Below, one piece after another: positions 9,706 through 19,344 of a stretch of 64,000 bases of DNA. Source of the stretch: an uncultured archaeon (GTDB lineage: Archaea; Halobacteriota; Archaeoglobi; Archaeoglobales; Archaeoglobaceae); NCBI GenBank assembly GCA_964652135.1, contig CAZZAF010000003.1, positions 4,371 to 68,370 of the forward strand, written 5' to 3'. Each line of letters opens with the position of its first letter. Within the stretch, counting starts at the first letter, position 1. The position numbers were made by a program, and so were the translations under genes. The notes beneath the pieces were generated by a model, which was not told the DNA's origin, did not search any database, and saw nothing but the letters and a program-made list of their open reading frames with translations.

Positions 9706-10698
9706 ATGGATAAAATTACTGCTTTGTTCATTGCATTTATTGGAGCCATAATCGCTATCGCTGCTGCAATTGTGCACTATTTCGGCTTCATGTTTCTAGT
9801 GAGACTTGTATTCGGACTTGGTTATGCAGGATTGGCAGTGCTTTTTGCCGTTATGGCTGGTGTGCTTATCTATGCACGATCCTTCAAGTATGCCCTACTT
9901 TCGCTTGTTGGCCTTGCAACGTCAGCATACGCAGCCTACCAGTGCTATGTGTGGCAGGAGCCAGTGCACGTTGGTTACATAACGGCTCTTTACATAGCAG
10001 CTGCCATTGGTGGACTGTGGTGGTTGATGGAGCCAGATATGAGCCTTACGGAAAGGCTGAGGAGTGCAGAATCTCTAGAGAAATCCGGTAATTACAGAAC
10101 GGCTGCGAGGAAATATGAGAAGAAAGGAAACTATGAAAAAGCTGCTGAATGCTACATTAAGGCAGAAATGCTTGAATCGGCAGCATGGTGCTATGAGAAA
10201 GCAGAGAAGTACGAAAAAGCTGCTGAGCTATACATGATGCTTGCAGAGAGTAAGAAAGAAGGATATTACTGGAAAGAAGCCTACGAGTTCTGGAAGAAGG
10301 CTGGAAAGAAGGAAAAGGCTGCCGAATGCCTTGAAAAGTATGCTGAGGATGAACCATGGTACTGGGAGGATGTAGCAAAGCTCTGGGAGGAGGCTGGAAA
10401 CAAAGAGAAAGCAGAGAACGCATGGAAGAAAGCACTGGAATACTATCTCAAAGAAGCAGAGGAGGAAGGAGTTTTCTGGGAGGATGTAGCAAAGATCTAC
10501 GAAAAGCTCGGAGATGCTGAAAATGCAAAGCAGGCAATGATGAAGTACGCAGAGTACTGCGAGAAAGAAGCTGAGAAGGATGAAGCTTGGTGGAAGCACG
10601 TCGCAGAGGCTTACGAGAAGCTAGGAATGGAAGAGAAAGCAAAGGAAGCCAGGGAAAGATACGAGGAATACCAGAAGAGGATAAGGAGTAAATCTTGA
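9706..10698 (+). CDS. membrane-anchored protein with six Trp/Glu/Lys-rich TPR-like repeats
   Basis: GGAGGTGA lies 6 nt upstream of the ATG at 9706; the track start at 9685 is TTG. About 4 TM helices, then repeats of the type W.E.A..YEK.G..EKA.E. Confidence 0.7.
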   Translation: MDKITALFIAFIGAIIAIAAAIVHYFGFMFLVRLVFGLGYAGLAVLFAVMAGVLIYARSFKYALLSLVGLATSAYAAYQCYVWQEPVHVGYITALYIAAAIGGLWWLMEPDMSLTERLRSAESLEKSGNYRTAARKYEKKGNYEKAAECYIKAEMLESAAWCYEKAEKYEKAAELYMMLAESKKEGYYWKEAYEFWKKAGKKEKAAECLEKYAEDEPWYWEDVAKLWEEAGNKEKAENAWKKALEYYLKEAEEEGVFWEDVAKIYEKLGDAENAKQAMMKYAEYCEKEAEKDEAWWKHVAEAYEKLGMEEKAKEARERYEEYQKRIRSKS

Positions 10699-10784
10699 TT
10701 TTCTATTTTTATCATTTATCTACCATTCGTAAGGTAGAATCACACAGCAAAAACACAAGATAGCATAGAAATAAAAAGAAAGAA

Positions 10785-12227
10785 TTAACCCTTGGCAACA
10801 CCCAGCGGCAGCAATCTCGCAACCAGTTTAGAAATTCCAGCTCTGTGCACCACTTCTACAACATCGTCACTGAGCTTGTACGCTTCAGGTGCCTCCTCAG
10901 CTAGCAATGCTCCATGTGTAGCTCTGACATAGATACCTCTTTTCTGGAGATTCGACCTCACGACGTTTCCTCTGAGCTTTCTCTTGGCTGCCGCTCTGCT
11001 CATAACTCTTCCACTGCCGTGGCATGTAGAGCCAAAAGTCTCCTCCATTGCCTTCTCGGTTCCAACGAGCACATAGCTTGGTGTACCCATACTGCCCGGA
11101 ATCAGTACAGGCTGTCCGATGTCTCTGTAATCTTCTGGGATATCTTTGCTTCCGGGCCCGAATGCTCTTGTGGCTCCCTTTCTGTGCACACACACTTTCA
11201 TCTTCTTTCCATCAACTTTGTGCTCCTCGAACTTGGCGATATTGTGTGCAACATCGTAAACGAGATTCATACCAAGGTCTTCTTCGCTCATATTGAAGAA
11301 TTTCTCAAAGGTCTCTCTTACCCAGTGGGTTATAATCTGCCTGTTACACCACGCGTAGTTGGCACTTGCCGCCATTCCGGCGAAGTAGTCCTGTCCCTCT
11401 TTGCTGTTTATTGGTGCACAGGCAAGCTGCCTATCTGGCAGGCTGATCTTGTATTTTCTGACTGCTCTGTCTAACACTTCAAGAAAGTCTGTACATACCT
11501 GGTGACCGAGACCACGGCTACCACAGTGGATCATTACGGTAATCATACCTTCCTCAAGACCCATAGCCTTTGCAGCCTCTTCATCGTAGATCTTGTCAAC
11601 GTACTGCACCTCGAGGAAGTGGTTTCCACTGCCGAGCGTTCCGAGCTGCGGTTTACCTCTGTCTCTTGCCCTTTTACTTACAACTTCTGGTCTTGCTCCA
11701 TCGAGCGCTCCATGCTCCTCGCAATGCTCCAGGTCTCTCTCATATCCGTATCCGTTCTCCACAGCCCACTTTGCTCCTTCAACGAAAATTTCGTCCAGCT
11801 CTCTGTCTGAAACTTTAAGCTTGCCCTCACTTCCAACACCAGATGGAACCGCAACGAACAGCCTGTCCACCAGCTCTTTTATTCTTGGCCTGACCTCATC
11901 AACTTTCAAGTTGCTGCGAAGTAATCTTACACCGCAGTTAATATCGAATCCAACTCCACCAGGAGAGACTACACCCTCATTAACATCGAAGGCAGCAACA
12001 CCACCGATTGGAAAACCGTAACCGACATGCACATCGGGCATTACAAGTGATGCCTTCTGTATGCCGGGCATTGTGGCGACATTCGCAGCCTGCTCAACTG
12101 CACCTTTCTCTAGGAGATTCATCAGCTTTCTGTTTATGTAGAAGTAAGCTGGAACCTTCATTCCTGGCTTGTAATTCTTAGGTAGCTCCCACTTATAATC
12201 TGTAATCTTCTTTAATATGTTTTCCAT
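10785..12227 (-). CDS. rtcB: RNA-splicing ligase RtcB (3'-phosphate/5'-hydroxy RNA ligase)
   Basis: 480 aa with [42 protein letters not shown] and GSTCHGSGR. Confidence 0.95.
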   Translation of the reverse strand: MENILKKITDYKWELPKNYKPGMKVPAYFYINRKLMNLLEKGAVEQAANVATMPGIQKASLVMPDVHVGYGFPIGGVAAFDVNEGVVSPGGVGFDINCGVRLLRSNLKVDEVRPRIKELVDRLFVAVPSGVGSEGKLKVSDRELDEIFVEGAKWAVENGYGYERDLEHCEEHGALDGARPEVVSKRARDRGKPQLGTLGSGNHFLEVQYVDKIYDEEAAKAMGLEEGMITVMIHCGSRGLGHQVCTDFLEVLDRAVRKYKISLPDRQLACAPINSKEGQDYFAGMAASANYAWCNRQIITHWVRETFEKFFNMSEEDLGMNLVYDVAHNIAKFEEHKVDGKKMKVCVHRKGATRAFGPGSKDIPEDYRDIGQPVLIPGSMGTPSYVLVGTEKAMEETFGSTCHGSGRVMSRAAAKRKLRGNVVRSNLQKRGIYVRATHGALLAEEAPEAYKLSDDVVEVVHRAGISKLVARLLPLGVAKG

Positions 12228-12578
12228 TTTCTACCACCTCCAACAAAGGTGGTTGAATGACTATTCACATGGTTATTAAACCTTCGTTCATTTGCAGCAT
12301 GGTTGATTTTAAAAAATTAAAGACTTATGTTGGAAATTGAAAGTAAGGATTGATTTTTATAATTTTTTATTTTTTTGCTTTCCCCTTGCTTGTGGGATTC
12401 GGATTCAATAACTGTGTATTTTTTCTGATTGTATTCTTACTATCCACGGTGAGGTTTGATGGAAAAGTGATAATTAGCTCTTATTCGAATGAGTCTCTGG
12501 CTAATAGGAATTTCTGAAAAGACTTGTCAAAATTGTATTAATGGTTATTAATTTGTATTTTTTGGAGTGCAATTTAAA

Positions 12579-13163
12579 ATGAGGAAATATTTATACTTGA
12601 AACACGTAGGGAAGTCTATGAATGGTTTGAGGGTTGTTGTTGTTGCTTTTATATTAGTTCTCTTGCTGGTCCCACAGCTTTCACAGACAGCTTTTGCTAG
12701 TTACGATGATGAAGAGGATGAATATGGCGGAAGAGAGGTAGACGAGGGAGAAGAAATTGAGAATGGAGTGAATGAAGAAGATGAGGTGGGGAGAGAGAAA
12801 TACGGAAAACTTGCAGCGACACTACTTTTTATAGGATTGATGCATCCTGCATTCAAGTATTTGGCACCCTTCTTTATAGAGAGGAAGAGAGTAGTAGAGT
12901 TTAGAAGAAAATACAGTCTCCATCATGGTATCGTTATGATAGCTTCAACCCTCCTTGCATTTCTTCACCATTTCAGTTCAGAAAGAGAAGTGCTTGGTTA
13001 TCCAGCACTTATACTTATGGGATGGCTCTCAATTACCGGTGCCTTGATGAAATTCTCAATCCATCCTAAAACCAAGAGATACGCCGCGAGAATGCATTCC
13101 CAAAAGATCCTTACAGTGATTCTTCTGGTTTCGCTCTATCTCCACGTTACAATAGGCGATTGA
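12579..13163 (+). CDS. secreted/membrane protein: signal peptide, acidic linker, 4-TM His-rich domain
   Basis: Signal-like LRVVVVAFILVLLLVPQLSQTAFA and an acidic stretch YDDEEDEYGGREVDEGEEIENGVNEEDE. TM helices carry H, HH and HH. Start is uncertain (12567 GTG, 12579 ATG or 12618 ATG). Confidence 0.5.
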   Translation: MRKYLYLKHVGKSMNGLRVVVVAFILVLLLVPQLSQTAFASYDDEEDEYGGREVDEGEEIENGVNEEDEVGREKYGKLAATLLFIGLMHPAFKYLAPFFIERKRVVEFRRKYSLHHGIVMIASTLLAFLHHFSSEREVLGYPALILMGWLSITGALMKFSIHPKTKRYAARMHSQKILTVILLVSLYLHVTIGD

Positions 13164-13287
13164 TCTTTGCCTTCAAATGCTCCCACTACCAACTCTAATT
13201 TTTTGTGAATTGATAATGCTTTGAGAATTTTCAGCAATATGTGGAACTCATTATATCCTTTCTTTGTCTGGGTCAGTAACGAGTTTA

Positions 13288-14124
13288 TTATGTTTCGTTT
13301 GAACTGGATAGCGAGACGAGTATAACTGCAAAGACTATCAAGAATGCTCCGATATACTGCTGCAAGCTCAGACTTTCTCCAAGCATGATCACAGCACACA
13401 GATGAGCGAAAACACCCTCCATGGAAAAAATCACGGCGGCATCAGATGGTTTGGTGTATTTCTGTAACCAGTTTTGCAGGAGTTTGGCAATAACGGTTGC
13501 AAAAACTGCGGTAATTACCAGGGCATAGACGACATCCGTATTCAGAGCAAATCTGGTAGTGGATATGGCCGATAGAGGCGCAGAAAATACTGCAACTGCA
13601 ACAATTTGCCCGAATGCAAGCATTGTTGGGTTGCTGATTTTTGAATAGTGAGATATCATGGCGATTTCGAAGGCGAATGCTATCGCACATAGGAGAGCAA
13701 GTACATCGCCAGGATTTACGTCGCCGTTGAAGCCTGATAAGAGGTATAGTCCTGAAAATGCAAGAATAATACTGGCAATCTCTCTCGCCCCTATTTTAAC
13801 TCTGTAGAGCAGGGCAGCTATTGCAGGAGTAAAAACGACATACATTGAAGTGATGAAGCCTGTATTTGTTGCGGTGGTATATTCAAGCCCGACAGTTTGA
13901 AATGCATAGCCAAGAAATACAGCAATCCCAATTTTAATGCCTGTAGCAAAATCTTCTCTGCTGAATTTTATGAATGGTAAAAAGAGAAGCGCAGCCAATG
14001 AAAATCTCAAAGTGTTGAATGCAAAGGGAGATATGCTTTCCAGAGCCATTTTTACGACTGGAAACGTAACTCCCCAGATAAATGCAACAGATAGCAGTCC
14101 GATATCTGCGTAAAGCCTTTTCAT
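13288..14124 (-). CDS. EamA/DMT-superfamily transporter
   Basis: 278 aa with 10 predicted TM helices as two EamA-like halves. Its ATG overlaps the upstream stop (ATGA). Confidence 0.8.
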   Translation of the reverse strand: MKRLYADIGLLSVAFIWGVTFPVVKMALESISPFAFNTLRFSLAALLFLPFIKFSREDFATGIKIGIAVFLGYAFQTVGLEYTTATNTGFITSMYVVFTPAIAALLYRVKIGAREIASIILAFSGLYLLSGFNGDVNPGDVLALLCAIAFAFEIAMISHYSKISNPTMLAFGQIVAVAVFSAPLSAISTTRFALNTDVVYALVITAVFATVIAKLLQNWLQKYTKPSDAAVIFSMEGVFAHLCAVIMLGESLSLQQYIGAFLIVFAVILVSLSSSNET

Positions 14125-14978
14125 ATGTTTTCTTCCTGGTAGACACCGTTGTATGGCTGCGTTTCTTCTGTCAGCTTTATGAATACAAGCTGCATGATTC
14201 TTGCATTTCTTTTAAGCCATACACCCTCTTCATTATGAACAACCAGTCCAACCTCACTTCTCCCTCTGTAGCCAGCATCCCAGACTGCCGTGATAAGTCC
14301 AACGCCAGCCCTTGCGAGTGTGGAGCGAGGTCTGCCAAAAGCCATCAGATCTCTGCTAAGATTCACGATCTCGTTTAGGTAGGCTCTGTAGACACCCTTT
14401 GGCAGGAAAACCCAGTCATCTTCGAAGGGTATCTCTTCAACCTCTGGCAGCCTCCTCTCACTATTATCGAAGTCTATTCTTGCTGCTCCTTTCAGCTTTG
14501 CAATACTTCTCAGCGTACAGTCAAATCCGTTGGGCTGAAGCTGAACGTCAAGGTCTATGTAGTCGGATATGAGCTCATCATTCAGTATTCTCTTCTTAAT
14601 CTCTTCCTTGCTCAAAACGCTACCGTATGGCAAATCAAACACCTCTGCATAAGGCTTTATGTCAACAACTGGAGAGCCTGGTAATGCATCAAGTCCCCTC
14701 ACAAAAAGTTTTCTATCTTCAATTTTTACAAGCCTCACAGCAGTCATTCCCAGTCTGTTTGGTCTGCTGGGCGCTCTAGTTGAGAACGCACCCTTCAACG
14801 GCTTGCTCACATCGCCATGCGGATGTACGAGCAACTTCTCATCAGCAAGATGAAAAATGTAGAAAACCCAGAGGTATGATACCTTCTCAAGTCCCAGAAT
14901 CGCTTTTGCATATTCAGGCAAAATCTCAATGACGTTTTCCTCAATAACGTATCCTATGGGCTTGAAGATTATCTCCAA
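14121..14978 (-). CDS. fusion protein: TsaA/YaeB-like (UPF0066) N-domain + dCTP deaminase/dUTPase-fold C-domain
   Basis: N-domain has PIGYV, STRAPSRPNRLGMTAV and GSPVVDIKPY. C-domain has GRPRSTLARAGV...AVWDAGYRGRSEVGLV...ARIMQLVF. TTG start. Confidence 0.6.
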   Translation of the reverse strand: MEIIFKPIGYVIEENVIEILPEYAKAILGLEKVSYLWVFYIFHLADEKLLVHPHGDVSKPLKGAFSTRAPSRPNRLGMTAVRLVKIEDRKLFVRGLDALPGSPVVDIKPYAEVFDLPYGSVLSKEEIKKRILNDELISDYIDLDVQLQPNGFDCTLRSIAKLKGAARIDFDNSERRLPEVEEIPFEDDWVFLPKGVYRAYLNEIVNLSRDLMAFGRPRSTLARAGVGLITAVWDAGYRGRSEVGLVVHNEEGVWLKRNARIMQLVFIKLTEETQPYNGVYQEENI

Positions 14979-15331
14979 GACCTTCCCCTCTTTAACGTCA
15001 TATCCATAAAGTCAACGTAGTATACATCAAATTCATCGTATAGCTTCATTAATTTTGCTACTTCGACAGCAAGGATGTGGGCACACGGCTTCTGTGCCTT
15101 CAGGTTTATCTGGAAATCTTTACATGTGCAGAAGCTTTCATCAACGACGTACTCTTCCCTGCCCACAACAACAAAGAAATCTTTGTACTTTTTGACTCTG
15201 TTCTCTCTCAAGTAGAAAAAAGCCTTCTCGCCTCTTTTTCCGTAGTTGAGGAGTAGAGCCCTGTAAAGTTCAAAACCCAGCTTACCCTTTTTTGCTGCTT
15301 CTTTTACATCTTTAACAAGATAAAAAGACAT
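14969..15331 (-). CDS. SWIM zinc-finger protein
   Basis: 120 aa with a CxCx14CxH signature (CTCKDFQINLKAQKPCAH). Confidence 0.7.
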   Translation of the reverse strand: MSFYLVKDVKEAAKKGKLGFELYRALLLNYGKRGEKAFFYLRENRVKKYKDFFVVVGREEYVVDESFCTCKDFQINLKAQKPCAHILAVEVAKLMKLYDEFDVYYVDFMDMTLKRGRSWR

Positions 15332-15345
15332 AGGACTATCTTTTG

Positions 15346-15924
15346 CTATTCTTCATCGTCAGATTCCTCTGTCGGAACATCTATCTCACTAAGAATCATC
15401 ACTGTATTTATCACGTCAACACCGTCAAGCCAGTTCAGAACCATTCCGTCCTCTGGCATTTCCAGATCGTCTGGTAGCTTTTCTCCATTGAATATTTTCG
15501 CTCCCATTCTGGCAACAACTTTCATCGCTTCTTCGAAGTTACCTTCCTTCTCCTTTTTAATCGCCTCTTTGAGCAGGGCATCGAAGTCTTTCTTGCTTAT
15601 CTTTCTCTCTAAGTAGTATCTCGTTGACCAGACGACAACTTTCAGGCTCTCTCTTACGAACTCAAAGAAATCGTTTTTTAGCGGGTCGCTGAAGTCAACC
15701 TCCGAAAGTAGGATTTTTTCCATGTTGTCAAGTTCTTCCATTGCCTGCTTCTTCGTCAGCTCTCTCTCCCTAACAGCTCTTATTACGTTCAGGCATGCAA
15801 CCACGAAGTCTTCCATCATCTGGTCGAATACTGCAAGCGAATCGGCATCCTCAATATCTATGTTGGACTCCTTTATTCTATTCACCCAGTTGTTGAACCT
15901 AGCCTCACTGTAGTAGCTGCTCAT
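15346..15924 (-). CDS. conserved-looking acidic helical protein (possibly DUF2150-like)
   Basis: ATG at 15924 (MSSYYSEARFNNWVNRIK...), acidic C-terminal tail PTEESDDEE. The family name is tentative. Confidence 0.5.
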   Translation of the reverse strand: MSSYYSEARFNNWVNRIKESNIDIEDADSLAVFDQMMEDFVVACLNVIRAVRERELTKKQAMEELDNMEKILLSEVDFSDPLKNDFFEFVRESLKVVVWSTRYYLERKISKKDFDALLKEAIKKEKEGNFEEAMKVVARMGAKIFNGEKLPDDLEMPEDGMVLNWLDGVDVINTVMILSEIDVPTEESDDEE

Positions 15925-16129
15925 GTTCTCCCCAACTTGGAACTTGACATTCAAGTTATAATACTTTTGTATTTCTCAGGCCAACTCCTCTTTGACTATG
16001 TGGTTACTCATCTGGCAAATTTGTTAGTTTTTTGGTTGCAAGTAATGTCTACTTTTTTCCAGCTTTTCTTTAAATCCTTGAAAGATATCACTAAAAAAGT
16101 TTATATTGTATGTCTGATAACTAATATGC

Positions 16130-16444
16130 ATGGGAGAAAACGCTGTAGTTCTAATTGGCGTCCTGATAGGATTTTTATTCGGGATGAGTGGTATTGCTAC
16201 ACTTTTCAACTTTATGGGTGAGGCGATAACTGATACGGCTATCCAGATCTCCCAGATGAGTGCTCTGTCCACTATAGCACTTCTCGTAATTGCATTAATA
16301 CTGATAATTAAAATCAGGATTATATCTGCTCTGATTGTAGGGGCCATTGTGGGAGCAGTGTTGAATATAATATTCGAGATGAATGGAATCCATATAATGA
16401 ATGACGTTTATTCGGTTATTCTCGAGTTCGTAAAAACCACATAG
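16130..16444 (+). CDS. small membrane protein (3 TM)
   Basis: 104 aa, hydrophobic. The opposite-strand ORF 16024-16347 looks like its shadow. Confidence 0.5.
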   Translation: MGENAVVLIGVLIGFLFGMSGIATLFNFMGEAITDTAIQISQMSALSTIALLVIALILIIKIRIISALIVGAIVGAVLNIIFEMNGIHIMNDVYSVILEFVKTT

Positions 16445-16490
16445 AGCAGAACAATATCTTTTTATAGCGTATTATCTTCGCAAGCTCCGA

Positions 16491-16937
16491 ATGAAAGTAG
16501 CGCTGGGCGGTACTTTTGAACCACTGCACGAAGGACACAAAAAGCTAATTGATGTAGCTGTTAAACTTGGAGGTAAAGATCTTACGATTGGAATAACAAG
16601 CGACGAGATGGCAAGAAAGAAGATACGATCAGTACTGCCTTTTGAGATCAGGGCTGAAAACGTCAGACGTTATATTAAGAAAAAGTACGGTTTTGAACCC
16701 GAAATTGTTAAGATTACTGACCCTTATGGTAAAACACTTGAAGTTGATTTTGAGTATATTGTCGTTTCACCTGAAACCTGTAAAATGGCACATCTTATTA
16801 ATAAAAAACGAAGGGAACTTGGAAAGAAAGAAATAAAAATCGTGAAGGTTGATTTTGTTCTTGCTGAAGATGGTAAGCCAATCTCTGCCACGAGGATAAA
16901 AAAGGGTGAAATAGATCGTTATGGCAGGTTAATATGA
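16491..16937 (+). CDS. coaD: phosphopantetheine adenylyltransferase, archaeal type (cytidylyltransferase fold)
   Basis: 148 aa starting MKVALGGTFEPLHEGHKKLI (HxGH), with ISATRIKKGEI near the C-terminus. Confidence 0.85.
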   Translation: MKVALGGTFEPLHEGHKKLIDVAVKLGGKDLTIGITSDEMARKKIRSVLPFEIRAENVRRYIKKKYGFEPEIVKITDPYGKTLEVDFEYIVVSPETCKMAHLINKKRRELGKKEIKIVKVDFVLAEDGKPISATRIKKGEIDRYGRLI

Positions 16938-17458
16938 AGGTCGTAGTTGGATCACTAAATCCAACCAAAATTGAGGGGGTAAAGAGAGCATTTGAACAGT
17001 ACTTTGATCAGGTAACTGTAGAAGGTAAGAGTGTAGATTCTGGCGTTCCGGATCAGCCATTCAACTCTGATACTGTCAAGGGTGCCATAAATAGAGCCAT
17101 AAATGCTTATTCGCCGGACTACGATTTCAGCGTTGGAGTTGAAGCAGGGCTATTCTCACTTAAAAATACTCTCACCGGCTACCTTGACTTCCAGGTTGTG
17201 GCTATCTACAATGGCTCCCGCATCACCATTGGCTTTGGCCCTGGTTTTGAGTATCCGCCTGTTGTAATCGATGAAGTCCTGAAAGGCAGGGAGGTAGGAG
17301 ATGTAATGGATGAAATTACAGGGATCGAGAGACTGGGAGAGAAGACCGGAGCAATTCACTACCTTACCAAGGGGGTTATCTCGAGGAGTGAGCTGACGAG
17401 GATAGCCGTTACCATGGCTTTAATTCCCTGGATAAACTCAGGTCTTTATGAGCTTTGA
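16934..17458 (+). CDS. non-canonical purine NTP phosphatase (inosine/xanthosine triphosphatase, YjjX/DUF84 family)
   Basis: 174 aa starting MKVVVGSLNPTKIEGVKRAF, with SGVPDQPF. Overlaps coaD by 4 nt. Confidence 0.8.
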   Translation: MKVVVGSLNPTKIEGVKRAFEQYFDQVTVEGKSVDSGVPDQPFNSDTVKGAINRAINAYSPDYDFSVGVEAGLFSLKNTLTGYLDFQVVAIYNGSRITIGFGPGFEYPPVVIDEVLKGREVGDVMDEITGIERLGEKTGAIHYLTKGVISRSELTRIAVTMALIPWINSGLYEL

Positions 17459-18299
17459 TCTGGTTAAACCGTTTGATCCGTGGAGATCCAGAATCTGTAC
17501 ATGTGGTGATAAATTCTCGTTTAATCCGTACACTGGCTGTGCCCATGGCTGTCTTTACTGCTATGCAACCTACATACCTAAATTCAGCCATTTGAGAGTG
17601 AAACAGCGGTTATTACCGAGACTTGAAAAGGACCTGAAAAAATTGCCAAGGGATGCACTGATATCAATGTCGAACAGCTCCGATCCATACCCTCCAGTAG
17701 AGCGTGAGCTTGAGCTAACGAGGCAATGTCTTTCCCTGATTAAAGAACGAAACTTTAGGCTTCTTGTAATAACCAAAAGCGACATCGTTGCGAGAGATGC
17801 CGATATACTGTCTGAAATGAGATGTGCCGTAAGCATAACAGTAACCACGCTAAATGCGGAGAAGGCAGCTATCATTGAGCCGCAGGCTCCAGAACCACAG
17901 AAGAGGGTTGAAGCTCTCAAAAAGCTGAAAGATGCTGGAATTCCCGTTGTTTTGAGACTTGATCCTGTAATACCATTTCTGACTGAAAATGATGCTCTGG
18001 ATGTGCTTGAGGCGTGTGATTTCGTTGATCATGTTGTGACATCAACGCTCAAACTGAGGAGTGACTCATTCAAAAAAATCACGACTGCGTTTCCGGAGTT
18101 GAGGGAGAAATATAGAGACTTGTATTTTGGAAAGGGAGAGAAAATTCAGAATTCTTGGTATCTTCCTGCCGAGATGAGAAAAAGATTGCTTGACACGGTT
18201 GCAGAGAAGTGTGATGAGTTGGGAATCAGCTACGCTTTTTGCAGAGAGGGTTTTAATTTTAAGGCAAAAAGCTGCGATGGTAGCCACCTGATTCCTTGA
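17448..18299 (+). CDS. radical SAM protein, SplB/COG1533-like
   Basis: FNPYTGCAHGCLYCYATY motif. Overlaps the previous gene by 11 nt. Confidence 0.75.
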   Translation: MSFDLVKPFDPWRSRICTCGDKFSFNPYTGCAHGCLYCYATYIPKFSHLRVKQRLLPRLEKDLKKLPRDALISMSNSSDPYPPVERELELTRQCLSLIKERNFRLLVITKSDIVARDADILSEMRCAVSITVTTLNAEKAAIIEPQAPEPQKRVEALKKLKDAGIPVVLRLDPVIPFLTENDALDVLEACDFVDHVVTSTLKLRSDSFKKITTAFPELREKYRDLYFGKGEKIQNSWYLPAEMRKRLLDTVAEKCDELGISYAFCREGFNFKAKSCDGSHLIP

Positions 18300-18319
18300 A
18301 TCTGTCTTAATCAGCGATA

Positions 18320-19195
18320 TTATTTGCGAGTCAACGTTAAAATATATGAATAATATAGAAAGAGAAGGACATCGAAGAGAATGCAGATTGCCGATGGTAG
18401 GGATGCTCTTTCACCAAATAATATCAGGGCAACAGTCGCGGAAAAGCCCAGATTTTTATAAGAACCAAACAGTGCTTTTACGATGGCGCTCTCAATCCTC
18501 ATTTTAGATTTAGCAAGCATCAAAATTGCTGTTCCAGAAACGAAGGTTCGCATGAAGCATATCAGTGCAATTACGGAAATTAGAGTCGGATCATGGAAGA
18601 ATGAGTCTCTATTGAGACCCACAACCGTGTAAATTACAACACTGAAACAGAGATTTACTATTTCCTTTGTATGCTTTATTTCGAATTTTCCGAGGTATCT
18701 TGAAACTGCAAGTGGAATTAAAATCAGTAAGATCAGGACCTTCAGCAGTCTAATGGGATCTGTCTGGTTTTGTGTTAGTAATGTCATCAGGGCGGGCATG
18801 AGAAAAATTGAAATGAGGTATATGGCTGTGTTTGAGATTAAAGCTTCTTCAACATCTCCCTTAAGCAGATATGCAAATGGTACGATTGCGATAGCTGGCG
18901 GAACAGCGGCCATAACCACAAAACCCAGGCGGATGGCTTCGTCATCTATTAAGGTAAACGCTAGAATCAGAATGAGCCCCGTCAGAATTACGTAGTTTAT
19001 CAGGAAGTTTATTGCAATATCTGGCAGACTTTTTCTCGATATCTTGGAGAAATCGAGGTTTATCAAAGAAAAACACATTACAACAGCCAAGGCTATGATC
19101 ACGAATTCCTTTGTTACTGGTGATAGCTGGGGGAACAGGAGCCCAAGGATGGCGGATACCATGAATACAAAGTTTGTGTTTTGCAGTAGCTTCAC
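18320..19195 (-). CDS. secondary transporter, bile acid:Na+ symporter/ACR3-like fold
   Basis: 291 aa with about 9-10 TM helices. The family call is tentative. Confidence 0.5.
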   Translation of the reverse strand: MKLLQNTNFVFMVSAILGLLFPQLSPVTKEFVIIALAVVMCFSLINLDFSKISRKSLPDIAINFLINYVILTGLILILAFTLIDDEAIRLGFVVMAAVPPAIAIVPFAYLLKGDVEEALISNTAIYLISIFLMPALMTLLTQNQTDPIRLLKVLILLILIPLAVSRYLGKFEIKHTKEIVNLCFSVVIYTVVGLNRDSFFHDPTLISVIALICFMRTFVSGTAILMLAKSKMRIESAIVKALFGSYKNLGFSATVALILFGERASLPSAICILFDVLLFLYYSYILTLTRK

Positions 19196-19344
19196 CTCGT
19201 TACCTCCACTGTTTTTGGGTTATGGGGGCGATTTCACACTCTGTTATAAAGGAGTTAGGTTCGGGCTGGGGTGGGAAGACCGCTGTCTGGGGAAAAACTA
19301 TCGTGTTCCAAAACAGTTAAAAGTTGAAAGTCCAAGGCTATGCG

